64,000 nt of DNA, taken from assembly GCF_044704955.1 (NCBI RefSeq), contig NC_091999.1, positions 44,640,001-44,704,000 on the forward strand, read 5' to 3'. Numbering within the stretch: position 1 is the first letter of the stretch; each line of letters begins with the position of its first letter. Under the pieces are notes generated by a model, which had not been told where the DNA came from, did not search any database, and was given only the letters and a program-made list of their open reading frames with translations. The position numbers and the translations under genes are program-made. Below are positions 12,755-27,070 of this stretch, piece by piece. Origin of the DNA: Pristiophorus japonicus (lineage: Eukaryota).

Positions 12755-13562
12755 CACCAGGACTGGTTTGATGAGAATGACCAGGAGATGCAAGAGCTAA
12801 TTAATCACAAGCACAAGATATTTCTGAACCTAAAACAACAACCCAACTCTGGAGCAGTAAAGCAGCATTACAGACAGCTTAAGGCAGAGGTCCAAGAAAA
12901 AAACTGTGAGCGAAAGCAAGGTGGTGGCTGGAGAAATCACAGGAGTTTCAGCAGCTGGCTGACAGCCATGATGTGCAAGGATTCTTCATCGGAGTCAAGG
13001 CCACCTATGGCCCAAGCACCCAAGGCATCGCCCCACTGCTGGCCAAGAATGGGGAAACACTCATTAAGGACACTGTGGCAGTCAGGACCCGCTGGAAGGA
13101 TCACTTCTAAGATGTCCATAACCGAGACTCTGCCTTTGACTCGAGTGTCCTCGACTCCATCCAGCAGCATGCTACCCGCCACCATCTCAGCAAAACCTCA
13201 GCCCTGCACGAGATAGAAAAGGCCATTCGCCAGCTCAAGAACAACAAGGCAATGGTAGCGGATGGAATCCCCGCTGAGGCACTAAAGTATGGTGGAGAGG
13301 CAATATTGGCATGCATGCATGACCTCATCTCTCTCATCTGGAAGGAGGAGAGCAGGCCTGGAGATCTCAGAGATGCAGTAAACGTGACCATCTTTAACAA
13401 AGGAGACAAGTCCGACTGTGGCAATTACAGATGAGCCTCCCTATTACCAGCCACTGGGAAAGTCATCGCTAGAATCCTCCTCAACCATCTTCCCCTGTGG
13501 CTGAGGAGCTCCTCCTGATGTCACAATGTGGATTTCGTCCTCTACGGAGTACAACGGACATG
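12755..13562 (+). mobile_element. RTE-clade LINE ORF fragment
   Basis: DWFDENDQEM, ADGIPAEALKYGG, KGDKSDCGNYR motifs. Confidence 0.85.
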
Positions 13563-13634
13563 GAGTAGATATAGATCAAAGCTCCCTCTACACTGTCCCA
13601 TCAGACATTCCCAGGGCAAGTACAACATGGGTTA

Positions 13635-16600
13635 TGTTATGTATGCAACCCAATGTAACCAGCAATCTACTCGATCAGAGGGCATATCTGTTGGAGTCCC
13701 AAGGGATCCCAGCATCCCTTGGGAGCACTGTATATAAGCAGGCCTCCCATGCTGTACGTGCACTCTGGAGTTAGAAAAAAGAGACCAAGATCACACTTAC
13801 TCATGTCTACAGTACTCAATCACATTAATCTATTCTGGACATAACATTTGACGACGAGATAATGAACCATCATGTGAAAATGCAGAGAACTGTTGATATC
13901 CTGGAAAAATTCTCAGAAGGGGACGATTGGGAGGTCTTCATGCAGCGACTCGACTAATACTTCATGGCCAACGAGCTGGCAGGGAATGTGAACGCTGCCA
14001 AACAAAGGGCGATCCTCCTCACTCTCTGCGGGGCAACAACCTATGGCTCATGAAGAATTTTCATGCTCCGGTGAAACCAACAACCAAATCGTATGAAGAA
14101 CTGTGTAGGCTGGTCCAGGAGCACCGAAATCCGAAGGAGAGCATTCTGATGGCAAGGTATCGGTTTTACACATGTCAACGGTCTCAAGGCCAGTAAGTGG
14201 TGAGCTACGTCGGCGAAATAACGCACCTTGCAGGACATTGCGAATTTGATGGATGCCTGGAGTAAATGCTGAGAGATTTTTTGTGCTTGGCATTGGGCAT
14301 TAGGATATCCTTCGCAAACTATTGACTGTTGAAACACTGCACCTGAGCAAAGGCATAATGATAACCTTGGCATTTATGTCCACCAGCGATAAAACCAAAC
14401 AAATTTCGCAACAATCAGATGTTTCGGCAAGTATTGTACACAAAGCAACATCGTTTCCAGGCAGGAATGCATATGGCAGAATGTACACGATTGCAGCTGC
14501 ATGATCTCAGATGACTCAGAGTCTGCCATCAAGCGTTAATGCGAGGCAGTTAACAGCTTGTTGGCACTGCAGAGCTGATCATCGAGCCCATCAATGCAGC
14601 TTCAAACACTATGCGTGCAAAAGCTGTGAAACAATGGGACACCTCCAGCGAATGTGCAGATGAGCTGCAAACACTGCAAAGCACCACATTGCAGTGGTAG
14701 ACCGATCCATGGTGGATCAAACTGAACTAGAGACTCAAACCGAGGAGGCAGAAGTGTATGGGGTACACACCTTCACCACGAAATGTGCACCGATCATGTT
14801 AAATGTTGAACTGAACGGAATTCCAGTATCCATAGAATTGGACATGGGTGCGAGTCAGTCCATCATGAGAAAAGGGCCTTCGACAGGCCCAAGCTGAGCC
14901 CCATCACACCAAGCTGAAAACTTACATGAAAGAGCTGATCCCTGTAATTGACAGCACCGTATTCAAAGTCTGTTATGATGGAACAGTACATGAAACACCA
15001 TTAAGGATAGTGTCAGGAGATGCCCCCACATTGTTCGGCAGAAGCTGGCTGCGAATAATACGCTGGAACTGGGATGACATCCGAGCGCTTTCATCGATCG
15101 ATGACGCCTCATGTGCCCAGGTTCTGAGCAAGATTCCATCATTGTTTGAGCCAGGGATCGGAAGTTTCTTGAGGGGAAAGGTGCAGATCCACTTGATTCC
15201 CGGTACATGACCCATCCATCACAAGGCACGGGCAGTGACATATATGATGCGAGAGAAAGTGGAGATCGAGTTAGACAGGCTGCAATGAGAGTACATCATC
15301 GCACTGGTGGAGTTCAACGAGTGGGCCAGTCAGATTGTTCTGGTTTTCAAGGGCAATGTCACGGTCAGAATAGGCGGGGACTATAAATTAACGATTAACC
15401 ATTTTTTGCTGCAGGACCAGTACCAGCAACCCAAGGCAAACAAACTATTTGCGACACTGGCAGGAGGAAAGATATTTACCAAATTGGATCTGACCTCGGC
15501 CCACATGACACAGGAGCTGGCGGAATCTTAAAAAAAGACCTCAACTGCATCAACACGCACAAAGGTCTGTTCATCGACATTAGATGCCCATTTGGAATTC
15601 GATCGACCGCGGCTATTTTTCAAAGGGACATGGAGAGTCTGCTAAAGTCTGTGCTGCACATCGTGGTTTTCCAGGATGATATACTGGTCACAGGTCGGGA
15701 CACCATCGAGCACTTGCAGAACGTGGAAGAGGTTCTAAGTCAGCGAGATCATGTGGGTCTCAGGTTGAAACGCTCGCAGTGTGCTTTCCTGGCGCCAAAG
15801 GTTGAGTTCTTAGGGAGAAGAATTGTGGCAGATGGCATCAGACTCACTGACGCCAAGATGGAGGCCATGAAGAACGCGCCGAGACCACAGAACGTGACGG
15901 AGCTGCGGTCGTTCCTGGGGCTCCTCAGTTATTTTGGTAATTTCCTACCCTGGTTGAGCACCTTGCTAGAACCTCTACACATGTGGCTGCACAAGGGAGA
16001 TTATTAGGCATGGGGGGAGATCAAAAGAGACTGCTTTTGAGAAAGCCTAAAATCTGTTATGTTCCAACAAACTGCTTGTCCTATATGATCCATGTAAACG
16101 TTTAGTGCTAGCTTGCGATGCATCTTTGTACAGGGTCGGGCGTGTGTTACAATTAGCAAACGAATTGGGAACATTGCAACCGGTCGCCTATGCGTCCAGG
16201 AGTTTGTCCAAGGCCGAAGGGACCTACAGCATGATTGAAAAAGAAGCTCTGACATGCGTTTACGAGGTGAAAAAATGCACCAGTATCTGTTTGGGCTTTA
16301 GTTCGAGTTAGAAACTCACCATAAGCCGCTCATATCGCTATTCACAGAGTGCAAAGGTATTAAAACCAATGCTTCTGCTCGCATTCAAAGATGGGCGCTC
16401 ACGCGGTATGCATATAAGTATGTAATTAACCACTGGTCAGGCACAGAGAACTGCGCTGATGCCCTCAGTCGGCTACTTTTCCCACCACCGGAGTGGAAAT
16501 GGCGCAGCCTGCAGACTTGCTCTTGATGATGGATGCATTTGAAAATGAAAAGTCACCCGTTACAGCCGCCAGATCAGGACCAGGACCAGCCAGGATCCTT

Positions 16601-18106
16601 TACTGTCCCTTGTAAAAAGTGTATCCTCCATGGGAGCTGGTCCAGCGTCCCAGCGGAGATGCATGAAGAGATCAAGCTCTTCCAGCAGCGTAAAGGCGAA
16701 ATGTCGAGACAGACGGACTGTCTTTTGTGGGGTAATCACGTGGTTTTGCCCAAGAAAGGCAGGGAAATGTTCAAACGCGACCTACACTGTGCCCACCAAG
16801 GCATAGTAATGATGAAAGCTATAGCCAGACCCTATGTGTGGTAGCCCAATATCAACTCAGATTTGGAGTCTTGTGTGCGCCAATGCACCACTTGCTCGCA
16901 ACTGAGCAGTGCACCCAGGGCACCCAAGTTTGTGGTCATGGCCCTCCAAACCGTGGTCTAGGATTCACGTTAACTTTGCTGGCCCATTTCTAGGCAAAAT
17001 GTTCTTCGTTCTTGTGGATGTTTATTCTAACTGGATTGAGTGTGTAATAATGTCTGTAAGCACGTCCACTGCCATCCTCCCGAAAACCTACCAGCCACGC
17101 ACGGCCTGCCTGATGTCCTTGTCAGCGACAACGGGCCATGCTTCACCAGCGCTGAATTCAAGGAATTCATGACACGCAATGGGATCAAGCACATCACATC
17201 TGCCCCGTTCAATCCCGCATCCAATGGCCAGACAGAACACGCAGTCCAAACCATCAAGCAAAGCTTGAAACACATGTCAAAAGGCTGCCTGCAGACCCAC
17301 CTGTCCCGAGTCCTGCTCAGCCACTGCATCAGAAACCATTCTTTCACCGGGGTTCCCCTGCTGAGCTGCTCCTGGAAAGGATGCTCAAAACAAGGCTTTC
17401 TCTCGTTCACCCTGATCTCCATGATCAAGTCGAGGGCAGGAGGCATCAACAAAGCATGTTCTGTGATCGCACAAATTTGCAACGCAATATTGATGTCAAT
17501 GACCCTGTATTTGTACTCAACTATGGACATTGTCCCAAATAGCTTGCTGGCAGTGTCATAGCCAAAAAGGGAGGAGGGTGTTTCAGGTAAAACTCGCAAA
17601 TGGAATAACTTGCAGAAAGCATTTGGACCAAACCAAACTGCGATTCACAGACAGCCACAAGCAACCAACTTCGACCCTTCGACGCACAGACAAGTTGCAA
17701 CCAACATCATGGCAGACCACGAAGCTGAACTCAACATCCCCAGCAGCCCAGCAAGGTCAGCTGCGCAGCAGCCCAGCGAAGAATCAACCAACTCACCTGC
17801 ATCTGCATTTGTACTGAGATGATCGACTCAGGAGCGAAACGCCCCAGATCGTCTCAACTTGCAAATAAGTGTACTATTGACTTTTGGAGGGAGTGATGTT
17901 ATGTATGCAACCCTATGTAACCAGAATTCTACCACCATCACAGGGCGTATCTGTTGGAGTCCCAAGAGATCCCAGCGTCCCTTGGGTGCACTGTATAGAA
18001 GCAGACCTTCCATGTTGTACGTGCACTCTGAAGTTAGAATAAAGAGACAGATCACACTTACTCAAATCGACAGTACTCAATCATATTACTTTTTCTGGAC
18101 TTAACA
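13635..18106 (+). mobile_element. Full-length degenerate Gypsy/Ty3 LTR retrotransposon
   Basis: LTRs 13635-13846 and 17897-18106 (TG...CA); TSD GGTTA on both sides; PBS-like after the 5' LTR, PPT GGAGGGAG before the 3' LTR; gag, protease (LDMGA), RT (FQDD), RNase H (CDAS), integrase (SDNG) remnants with many stops and frameshifts. Confidence 0.95.
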
Positions 18107-18339
18107 GGTTAAATATAGAATAAAGCTCCCTCTATACTGTTACACCAAACGTTTCCAGTGCAAGTACAGCACAGAGTAGACACAGACTACATCTCCCTCT
18201 AACTTGTCCCAGCCATTCCAGGGCAGATACAGATCTGTTAGATGTCGAGAAAATCTCCCTCTATACTGTTCCAGCGGATATTCGTGGTACAGGTGCAGCA
18301 CGGGTGAGATACAGAGTAAAGCTCCCTCTACACTGTACC

Positions 18340-21300
18340 ACTATAATAAAAAGGCAAGCATGAAAGCTCGGTGCCTCAATGCGAGGAGTATTTGGAACCC
18401 AAAAGAGGGCTCTGAGCTAGTTAGATTGTGGGAGAGCTCTGATGAACAGGACCCCAATAAAGAATGTAAAAGGCAGGAGGCAACAGCGCAGAGCAGCACT
18501 CGGGTAAGTGTAAACCACAAGGTGATAGGAAGGGACAATATGTATAAATATAAAGGGGCTGCAGGATGGGTCAAAACTAAAAATTATGGTTCAAAAACTA
18601 GCATTAAAACACTCTACCTAAACGCACGCAGCATTCGAAATAAAGTAAATGAGTTGACGGCACAAATCATTACAAATGGGTATGATTTGGTGGCCATTAC
18701 AGAAACGTGGTTGCAGTGGTCTACAAGACTGGAAATTAAACATACAGGGGTATCTGACAAATCGGAAAGATAGATAAGAAGTGAAAGGAGATGGGGTAGC
18801 TCTATTAATAAAGGATGATATCAGGGCAGTTGTGAGAGACGATATTGGCTCTCATGAACAAAATGTTGAATCAATGTGGGTGGAGATTAGAGATAATAAG
18901 GGGAAAAAGTCACTGGTGTGCGTAGTTTATAGGCCCCCAAATTATAACTTCACGGTGGGGCGGACAATAATCAAGGGAACAATGGAGGCATGTGAAAAAG
19001 GAACGGTAGTAATCATGGAGATTTAACCGACATTTCGATTGGTCAAATCAAATCGCACAGGGTAGCCTTCAGGAGGATTAATAGCATGCATACGGGATTG
19101 CTTCTTAGTACAGTATGTTACAAAACCTGCAAGGGAGCAAGCTATCTTAGATATGGCCCTGTATAATGAGACAGGATTAATAAACGATCTCCTCGTAAAA
19201 GATCCTCTCGGAATGAGTGATCACTGTATGGTTGAATTTGTAATACAGATTGAGGGTGAGGAAGTCGTGTCTCAAACAAGCGTACAATGCTTAAACAAAG
19301 GGGACTACAGTGGGATGCGGGCAGAGTTGGCTAAAGTCGACTGGAAACACAGCTAAACGGTGGCACAATTGAAAAACAGTGGAGGACTTTTAAAGAGCTC
19401 TTTCATAGTGCTCAGCAAAATTATATTCCAGTGAAAAAGAAGGGTGGAAAGAGAAGGGATAACCAGCGGTGGATAACCAAGGAAATTAAGGAGAGTATCA
19501 AATTAAAATCCAATGCCTATAAGTTGGCCAAGGTTAGTGGGAAACTAGAAGATTGGGAAAAGTTTAAACGACAGCAAAGAATGACAAAGAAAGCAATAGA
19601 GAACGGAAAGATAGATTACGACAGTAAACTTGCACAAAACATAAAAATGGAAAATAAAAGGTTTTACCGATATATAAAACGGAAAAGAGTGATTAAAATA
19701 AATGTTCGTCCCTTAGAAGATGAGAAGGGGGATTTAATGGTGGGAAATGTGGAAATGGCTGAGACCTCCAACAATTATTTTGCTTCGATTTACACAGTGG
19801 AAGACAGAAAAACCATGCCAAAAATTGCTGGTCATGGGAATGTGGGAAGGGAGGCCTTTGAGATAACCTCTATCACTAAGAGGGTAGTGCTGGACAGGCT
19901 AATGGAACTCAAGGTAGACAAGTCCCCTGGTCCTGATGAAATGCATCCCAGGGTATTAAAAGAGATGGCGGAAGTTATAGCAGATGCATTCGTTATAATC
20001 TACCAAAATGCTCTGGACTCTGGGGAGGTACCAGCCGATTGGAAAGCAGCTAATGTAACGCCTCTGTTTAGGAAATTGGGCAGACAAAAGGCAGGTAACG
20101 AAAGGCCGGTTAGTTTAACATCTGTAGTGGGGAAAATGCTTGAAGCTATCATTAAGGAAGAAATAGCGGAACATCTAGATAGAAATAGTGCAATCAAGCA
20201 GACGCAACATGGATTCATGAAGGGGAAATCATGTTTAACTAATCTACTGGAATTCATTGAGGATATAACGAGCATGGTGGATAGAGGTGTACCGATGGAT
20301 GTGGTGTATTTAGATTTCCAAAAGGCATTCGATAAGGTGCCACACAAAAGGTCACTGCAGAAGATAGAAGTACACGGAGTCAGAGAAAATGTATTAGCAT
20401 GGATCAAGAATTGGCCGGCGAACAGAAAGCAGAGAGTTGGGATAAATGGGTTCTTTTCTGGTTGGAAATCGGTGGTTATCGATGTGCTACATGGATCGGT
20501 GCTGGGACCACAACTGTTTACAATATACATTGATAACCTGGAAGAGGGGACAGAGTGTAGTGCAACAACATTTGCAGATAACACAAAGATTAGTGGGAAA
20601 GCGGGTTGTGTAGACGACAAAGAGAGGCTGCAAAGAGATTTGGATAGGTTAAGCGAATGGGCTAAGATTTTGCAGATGGAATACAATGTTGGAAAATGTG
20701 AGGTAATTCTTCTTGGAAAAAAAAACAGTAAAAAGGAATATTATTTGAATGGGGAGAAATTACAACATGCTACGGTGCAGAGGAACCTGGGGGTCCTTGT
20801 GCATGAGTCCCATAAAGTTAGTTTGCAGGTGCAGCAGGTAATCAGGAAAGCGAATGGAATGTTGGCCTTCATTGCGAGAGGGATGGAGTACAAAAGCAGG
20901 GACGTCCTGCTGCAACTGTACAGGGTATTGGTGAGGCCGCACCTGGAGTACTGCGTGCAGTTTTGGTCACCTTACTTAAGGAAGGATACACTAGCTTTGG
21001 AGGGGGTACCCAAACGATTCACTCGGCTGATTCCGGAGATGAGGGGGTTACCTTATCATGATAGATTGAGTAGACTGGGTCTTTTCTCGTTGGGGATCAG
21101 AAGCATGAGGTTTGATCTTATAGAAACATTTAAAATAATGAAAGGGATAGACAAGATAGAAGCAGAGAGGTTGTTTCCACTGGTCGGGGAGACGAGAACT
21201 AGGGGGCACAGCCTCAAAATACGGGGGAGCCAATTTAAAACCGAGTTGAGAAGGAATTTCTTCTCCCAGAGAATTGTGAATCTGTGGAATTCTCTGCCTA

Positions 21301-21507
21301 AGGAAACAGTTGAGGCAAGCTCATTGAATATATTCAAATCTCAGATAGATAGATATTTAACCAATAATGTAATTAAGGATTATGGGGAGCGGGCGGGTAA
21401 GTGGAGCTGAGTACACGGCCAGATCAGCCGTGATCTTGTTAAATGGCGGAGCATGCTCGAGGGGCTCGATGGCCTATTCCTGTTCCTAATTCTTATGTTC
21501 TTATGTT
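18340..21507 (+). mobile_element. CR1-clade LINE, near-complete ORF2 (endonuclease + RT)
   Basis: YLNARSIRNK...AITETW endonuclease start, MSDH motif; 659-aa RT ORF 19431-21410 ([17 protein letters not shown] in place of FADD); (TTCTTATG)n tail. Confidence 0.95.
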
Positions 21508-21599
21508 ATTATCAAACACTCCCAGGACAGATACAGCGTGGGTTGGAGACAGAGATAAGTTTCCTCTTCACTGTCTCATTAACCATTCCCTGGGCAGGT

Positions 21600-22257
21600 A
21601 CAACCAAGCTCATGGTCTACAGGGCTGTAGTAATACCTGCCCTCCTGTATGTCTCAGAGGCGTGGACAATGTACAGTAGACACTTTTTCTCGTTGGAGAT
21701 ATATCACCAACAATGTCTCCGCAAAATCCTACAAATCACCTGGCAGTACAGGTACACCAACATCAGCGTCCTCGACCAGGCTAACGGCCCCAGCATTGAA
21801 GCACTGACCACACTCGACTAGCTCCGCTACGCAGACCACATAGTTCGCATGCCAGACACGAGACTCCCAAAGCAAGTCCTCTATGCGGAACTTCTTCATG
21901 GAAAATGAGCCAAAGCTGGGCAGCGGAAACGTTACAAGGACACCCTCAAAGCCTCTCTGATAAAGTGCGAGATCCCCACTGACATCTGGGAGTCCCTGGC
22001 CAAAGACCACCCTTAGTGAAGGAAGTGCATCCGGGAGTCTCATCGCCAAGGGCATGCAGAAAACATGTGTAGGCAGTGGAAAGAGCGTGCTGCAAGCCAG
22101 TCCCACCCACCCCTTCCTTCAACGACTATCTGTCCCACCTGTGGCAGAGTCTGTGGCTCTCGTATTAGACTGTTCAGCTACCAAATTAATCACTTCAGGT
22201 GTGGAAGCAAGTCTTCCTCGATTCAAAGGGACTGCCTATGATGATGATGATGATGAT
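21600..22257 (+). mobile_element. RTE-clade LINE 3' fragment
   Basis: TKLMVYRAVVIPALLY motif; GGGACTGCCTAT(GAT)n tail. Confidence 0.88.
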
Positions 22258-22799
22258 TTCACAGGTTAGATGCAGAGTAAAGCTCCCGCTACAATGTCGC
22301 ACCAGACATTCCCAGGCAGATGCAGCTTTGGTTATTGAAGGTTAAATCTCTCTCTCGCCTGACCCAAACACTCCCAGGGTAGTTACAACATTGGTTAGAT
22401 ACAGAATTCAACTCCCGCTGCACTGTCCCATCAAACACTCGCACAATAGGCACAGCAGGGATTAGTCAGACAGCAAAGCTCCCCATAGACTGATCCATCA
22501 AACACTCCCATCGCAGTTACGGCATGATTTAAATATAGAGTACAACTCCTGCAACACTGACCCATCAAATACTCCCAGCACAGGTATAGCACGGGTTACA
22601 TACAATGTAAATCTCCCCGACACTATCCATCAAACACACCCACGGGAGGAACAACACGGGTAAGATACTGAGTAAAGCTCACCCTGCATTCTCCTGTGAA
22701 ACACTCCGTGGAAAGATGCAGCACGGAGTAGATAGAGAGAAAAGCTTGCTCTACACTATCCAATCAATAACTGCTAGGGCAGGTACAGCACGGGCTAGA

Positions 22800-23415
22800 C
22801 AGAAAGGTTTAGGCTGGGTTTTCCAGAACTTGGGGCCTTGGCAACAGAAGGCACAGCCACCAAAGCCATCAATGGTTGAACAATTATAATCAGGGATGCT
22901 CAGGAAGACAGATATCTCATGGGTGGGCGGGGCGGGGGGGGGCGGTGTGGTGCTGGTTGGGGCTGGAGCAGTTTACAGAGCTCGGGAGGGGCGAAGCTAT
23001 GGAGAGTTTTGAAAATGTATTAGAATGTTGAAATCAAGGCGTTGCTGAACCAGAAGCCAATGTAGTTCAGCGAGCAGAGGGCTGATGGGTGAGTTGGACT
23101 TGGTGAGAGTTAGGACATGGGCAACCGAATTTTGGATCAACACTAATTTATGCAGGTGAGAATGTGGCAGGAATGTGTTAGAATAGTCAAGTCCAGAAGT
23201 AACAAAGGCAGGGATGACGGGTCAGCAGCGGATGAGCTGAGGCAACGGCGATGTTACAGAGGTGGAAATATGCATTCTTAATTATGCTGTGGATATGTGG
23301 TCAAACACATACTTCAGGGTTAAGTATGGCACCAAGTTTGCAAACAGTCCGGTTCAGGCACAGACACAAGTTGGGGAGAGGGATTGAGTCGGTGGCTAGA
23401 GAGCTGCGTTTGTGG
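22800..23415 (-). mobile_element. L2-type LINE remnant
   Basis: Resembles the L2 RT C-terminal region (LAELHWLLVQQRLDFNIL-like on minus). Confidence 0.6.
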
Positions 23416-25384
23416 AAATGACAATTACAAATATCAGAATATTTCACAGGCTATCACGTGCAAAATGTGTGGATGCATTTTAAAATTCAATCGGTTCCAA
23501 AACCAGGTTACAGAAAGCAACGGATTTCAAATCTTATGCAAGGCAGTTCAATAAAGGGGCGGTTCAAAGGATTTCAGCTGACTTTAAAGTAAGGCACTGC
23601 AGTTACGTCTACTACAACTACAACTCGTGAACTCAAACGGAACAAGTTTGGAGTTTGATATAATAGAAGGTGAACTAGCTGAGGAGTGATGTAAGTGAGA
23701 TTAAGAAAAAGCACTAAAATGGAACAGTCGGTAACAGAACATCAATTAGTCTCCTCTGATCATGGAGCAATCAAATATTCGACACACTGTGTTTGAAACG
23801 AAGAGAATTTGTTCAACATTTATGCAAGATATTAATCTCCATCTCATATATAGGGGTTATTAAGATAATCAGAAACAAACAAGAGCTGCCAGAATGAACA
23901 TGGTACAGTGCCCAAAGCAATCCCAGTAAATCCAGTTCTGTTTACAAATGCAGTTTTTCTCCTCAGACCATTTAAAACAAAAGATGAGAAGGAATTTCTT
24001 CTCTCAGAGGGTTGTAATCTGTGGAATTCTCTGCCCCAGAGAGCTGTGGAGGCTGGGTCATTGAATTTATTTAAGGCTGAGATAGACAGGTTTAACAGAG
24101 GTGCTCAAACTTAGGAAGGCGTTAGATTGAGTCAGCGAACAGAGTGGTTCTGCTCACACAATCAGAGAATGGTTACAGCACGGAAGGCCATTCGGCTCGT
24201 CGAGCCCTTGCCGGCTCCTAGCTAGTCCCATTACCCGCCCTTTACCCCCGGTCGGCAAATGTTTTCTTTCAGATACTTATCCAATTCCCTTTTGAAAGCT
24301 GTGATTGAGTTTGCCTCCACCAACCAGGCCGTGCTTTACAGATCCGAAAGACTCACTGCATAAAATAAATTTTTCTTTCATTGTCTTTGGTTCTTCTGCT
24401 CATCCACTTTAAATCCGTCTCCTCTGGTTCTCGACCCCTCCACCAATGCGAACAGTATCTCTCTATCTACTCTGTCCGTACCCCTCATGATTTTGAACAC
24501 CTCGATCAACTCTCCTCTCAATCTTCTCTGCTCCAACGAGAACAAGCCAAGCTTCTCCAGTCAATCCACGTAACTGAAGTCACTCATCTCGTGAATCATT
24601 CTTGTCAATCTTTTCTGCACCCTCTCTCAGGCCATCACATCCTAATCTGCAGTGCCCAGAATTGGACACAATGCTCGACTTGAGGCCGAACCAGTGTTTT
24701 ACAAAGGTTCATCATAACCTCCTTGCTTTTGTACTCTGTGATGCCCAGGATCCTGTAAGCTTTTCTAACTGCTTTTCCAACCTGTTCTGCCATCTTCAGC
24801 GATTTGGCCACATATACCCGCAGATCTCCCTGTTCATGAATCCGCTTTAGGATTGTATCCTTTAGTTTATATTGTCTCTCCTTGTTCATTACATCATGCT
24901 TTTCTAATTTTATTTCTCAACTCAGATTCACGGCCTCATTTTATTTCTTCCTCCGAGCCCCTCAACTTAATGTGGCAGTGTCATGTTGGCGAGTGGTGAA
25001 TGATTGCCCTGGGAACCAACAGGAAGAGAGGCCAGAGGCCGGAGGGCCCAGGGAGCAACGTATTCTGCAACCAATCACGGTGCTTGAGGGGTGGATCCTG
25101 ACTCGGCCTATCGCATGAGTATCTGTCAAAAGACACTTCAGTGCCAAGTGGACCAGGTATTTAAAGGTTATTCATTCCCTCTTTCCATGTCGCTGTTAGT
25201 TAATGGACAGAGATTGATTTCCTCTCATTATGCATTTGTAGTAGTAAACATAACATCTTTCCTGTTGGTAGTGGTTTAAATTATGTGCTGGGCGAGATGG
25301 CTGGTGGCATCAACCTTTAAAATACACATTCTCGTGTTCAAATCTCTCCAGGGTCTCACCCGTCCCTATCTCTGTAACCTTCTC

Positions 25385-26925
25385 CAGCCCACCAATCCTC
25401 TTAATAGTTTGTTTTCTTTAGAACAGAGGAGGCTGAGCTCAGACGTTAATGAGGTGTATAAAATAATGAGGGGCCTAGATGGAGTGGATAGGAAGGACCT
25501 ATTTCCATTCGCAGACGGGTCAGCAACCAGCTGAACCTTTTAGCCAGTATGTAGCAAGCCCAGCAAGAGAGGGGGAAGTTCTGGACTTAGTATTAGGGTT
25601 TGAAGGCTGGGCAGGTGGAAGGGGTATCAGTGGGAGAGCATTGGTGCTATTGATCGTAATTCTCTTAGATTAGCGTAGTTATGGAAAAGGACACAGATAG
25701 AACAGGAAAATAGACTGGTAACAGCTACTTGAAATGGTGAGATATTGGGAAATGTTGCTGTGCAGAGGGACCTTGGTGTCCTTGTACACGAATCAATGAA
25801 AGTTAACATGCAGGCACAGCAAGCAATTAAGATAATAAATGATATCTCGGCCTTTAGTACAAGAAGAGTTGAGGATAATAGTAAACATAAGAACAGGAAC
25901 ATAAGAAATAGGAACTGGAGTAGGCCATCCGGCCCCTCGAACCTGCTCCGCCATTCAATGAGATCATGGCTGATCTGATCATAGACTCAGCTCCACTTAC
26001 CCGCCCGCTCTCCATAACCCCTTATCCCCTTATCATTGAAATAAATTATTTTTGTCTCAAATTTATTTAATGTCCCAGCTTCCACAGCTCTCTCAGGCAG
26101 CGAGTTCGACAGATTTACAATCCTCCGAGAGAAGAAATTGATTCTCTTCTGTTTTAAATGGGCGGCCCCTTCTTCTAAGATCATGCCCTCTAGTTCGAGT
26201 CATCCACCATCAGTGGAAACATCAGCTCTGCATCCACCTTGTCAAGCCCCCTCATAATCTTATACGTTTCCATAAGATCACCTCTCATTCTTCTGAATTC
26301 CAATGAGTAGAGGCCCAAACTACTCAACCTTTCCTCATAAGTCAACCTGCTGATCCCTTATATCAACTTAGTGAACCTTCTCTGAACTGCCTCCAAAGCA
26401 ATTATATCCTTTCGTAAATATGGAAACCAAAACTACATGCAGTATTCCAGGTGTGGCCTCATCAAAACCTTATATAGCTGCAGCAAGACTTCCCTGCTTT
26501 TATACTCCATCCCCTTTGCAAAAAAGGTCAAAATACCATTGGCCTTCCTGATCACTTGCTGTACCTGCATACTATCCATTAGTATTTCATGCACAAGTAA
26601 CCCCAGGGCCTGCTCTATTGCGGCACATTGCAATCTTTCTCCATTTAAATAATAACTTGCTCCTCGATATCTTACTGCAATTATATAGGGCCCTCGTCAG
26701 TCTACACCTGGAGTATTGTGTACAGTTTTGATTGCTTACGTAAGGAAGGATGTACTTACCATTGAGGATAGCAACGAAGGTTCGCCAGACTGATTCCTGG
26801 GATGGAGGGATTGTCCTGTGAGGAGAGATTGAGTAGACTAGGCCTATATTCTGTACAGGTTAGAAGAATGAGAGGTGATCTCTATTTAAAACATACAAAA
26901 TTCTTACAGGGCTTGACAGTGTAGA
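25385..26925. mobile_element. Nested CR1 fragments (minus copy about 25885-26665 inside plus-strand pieces)
   Basis: RPHLEYC and VQRDLGVLVHES motifs on both strands; CR1 tail near 25885-25915. Confidence 0.8.
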
Positions 26926-26927
26926 TC

Positions 26928-27070
26928 AGGGGTGTCAAACATACGGCCCGCGGGCCGGACATGGTCCCGCAAGCCCCTTCCTCCGGCCGCCACATGTTTT
27001 AATTTATATGACTCCTCCCCACCGCCCGCCCCCCCCCCGCCCCGATCTTTCGCTTGCTGACTGAAACACA
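26928..27070 (+). mobile_element. hAT/Charlie-like DNA transposon left end
   Basis: CAGGGGTGTCAAAC terminus followed by GGCCCGCGGGCC; no right end found. Confidence 0.6.

Noticed and set aside
19431-21410. Domesticated or active reverse transcriptase gene
   Set aside because: Ordinary CR1 ORF2 with a frameshifted endonuclease region and FADN at the catalytic motif
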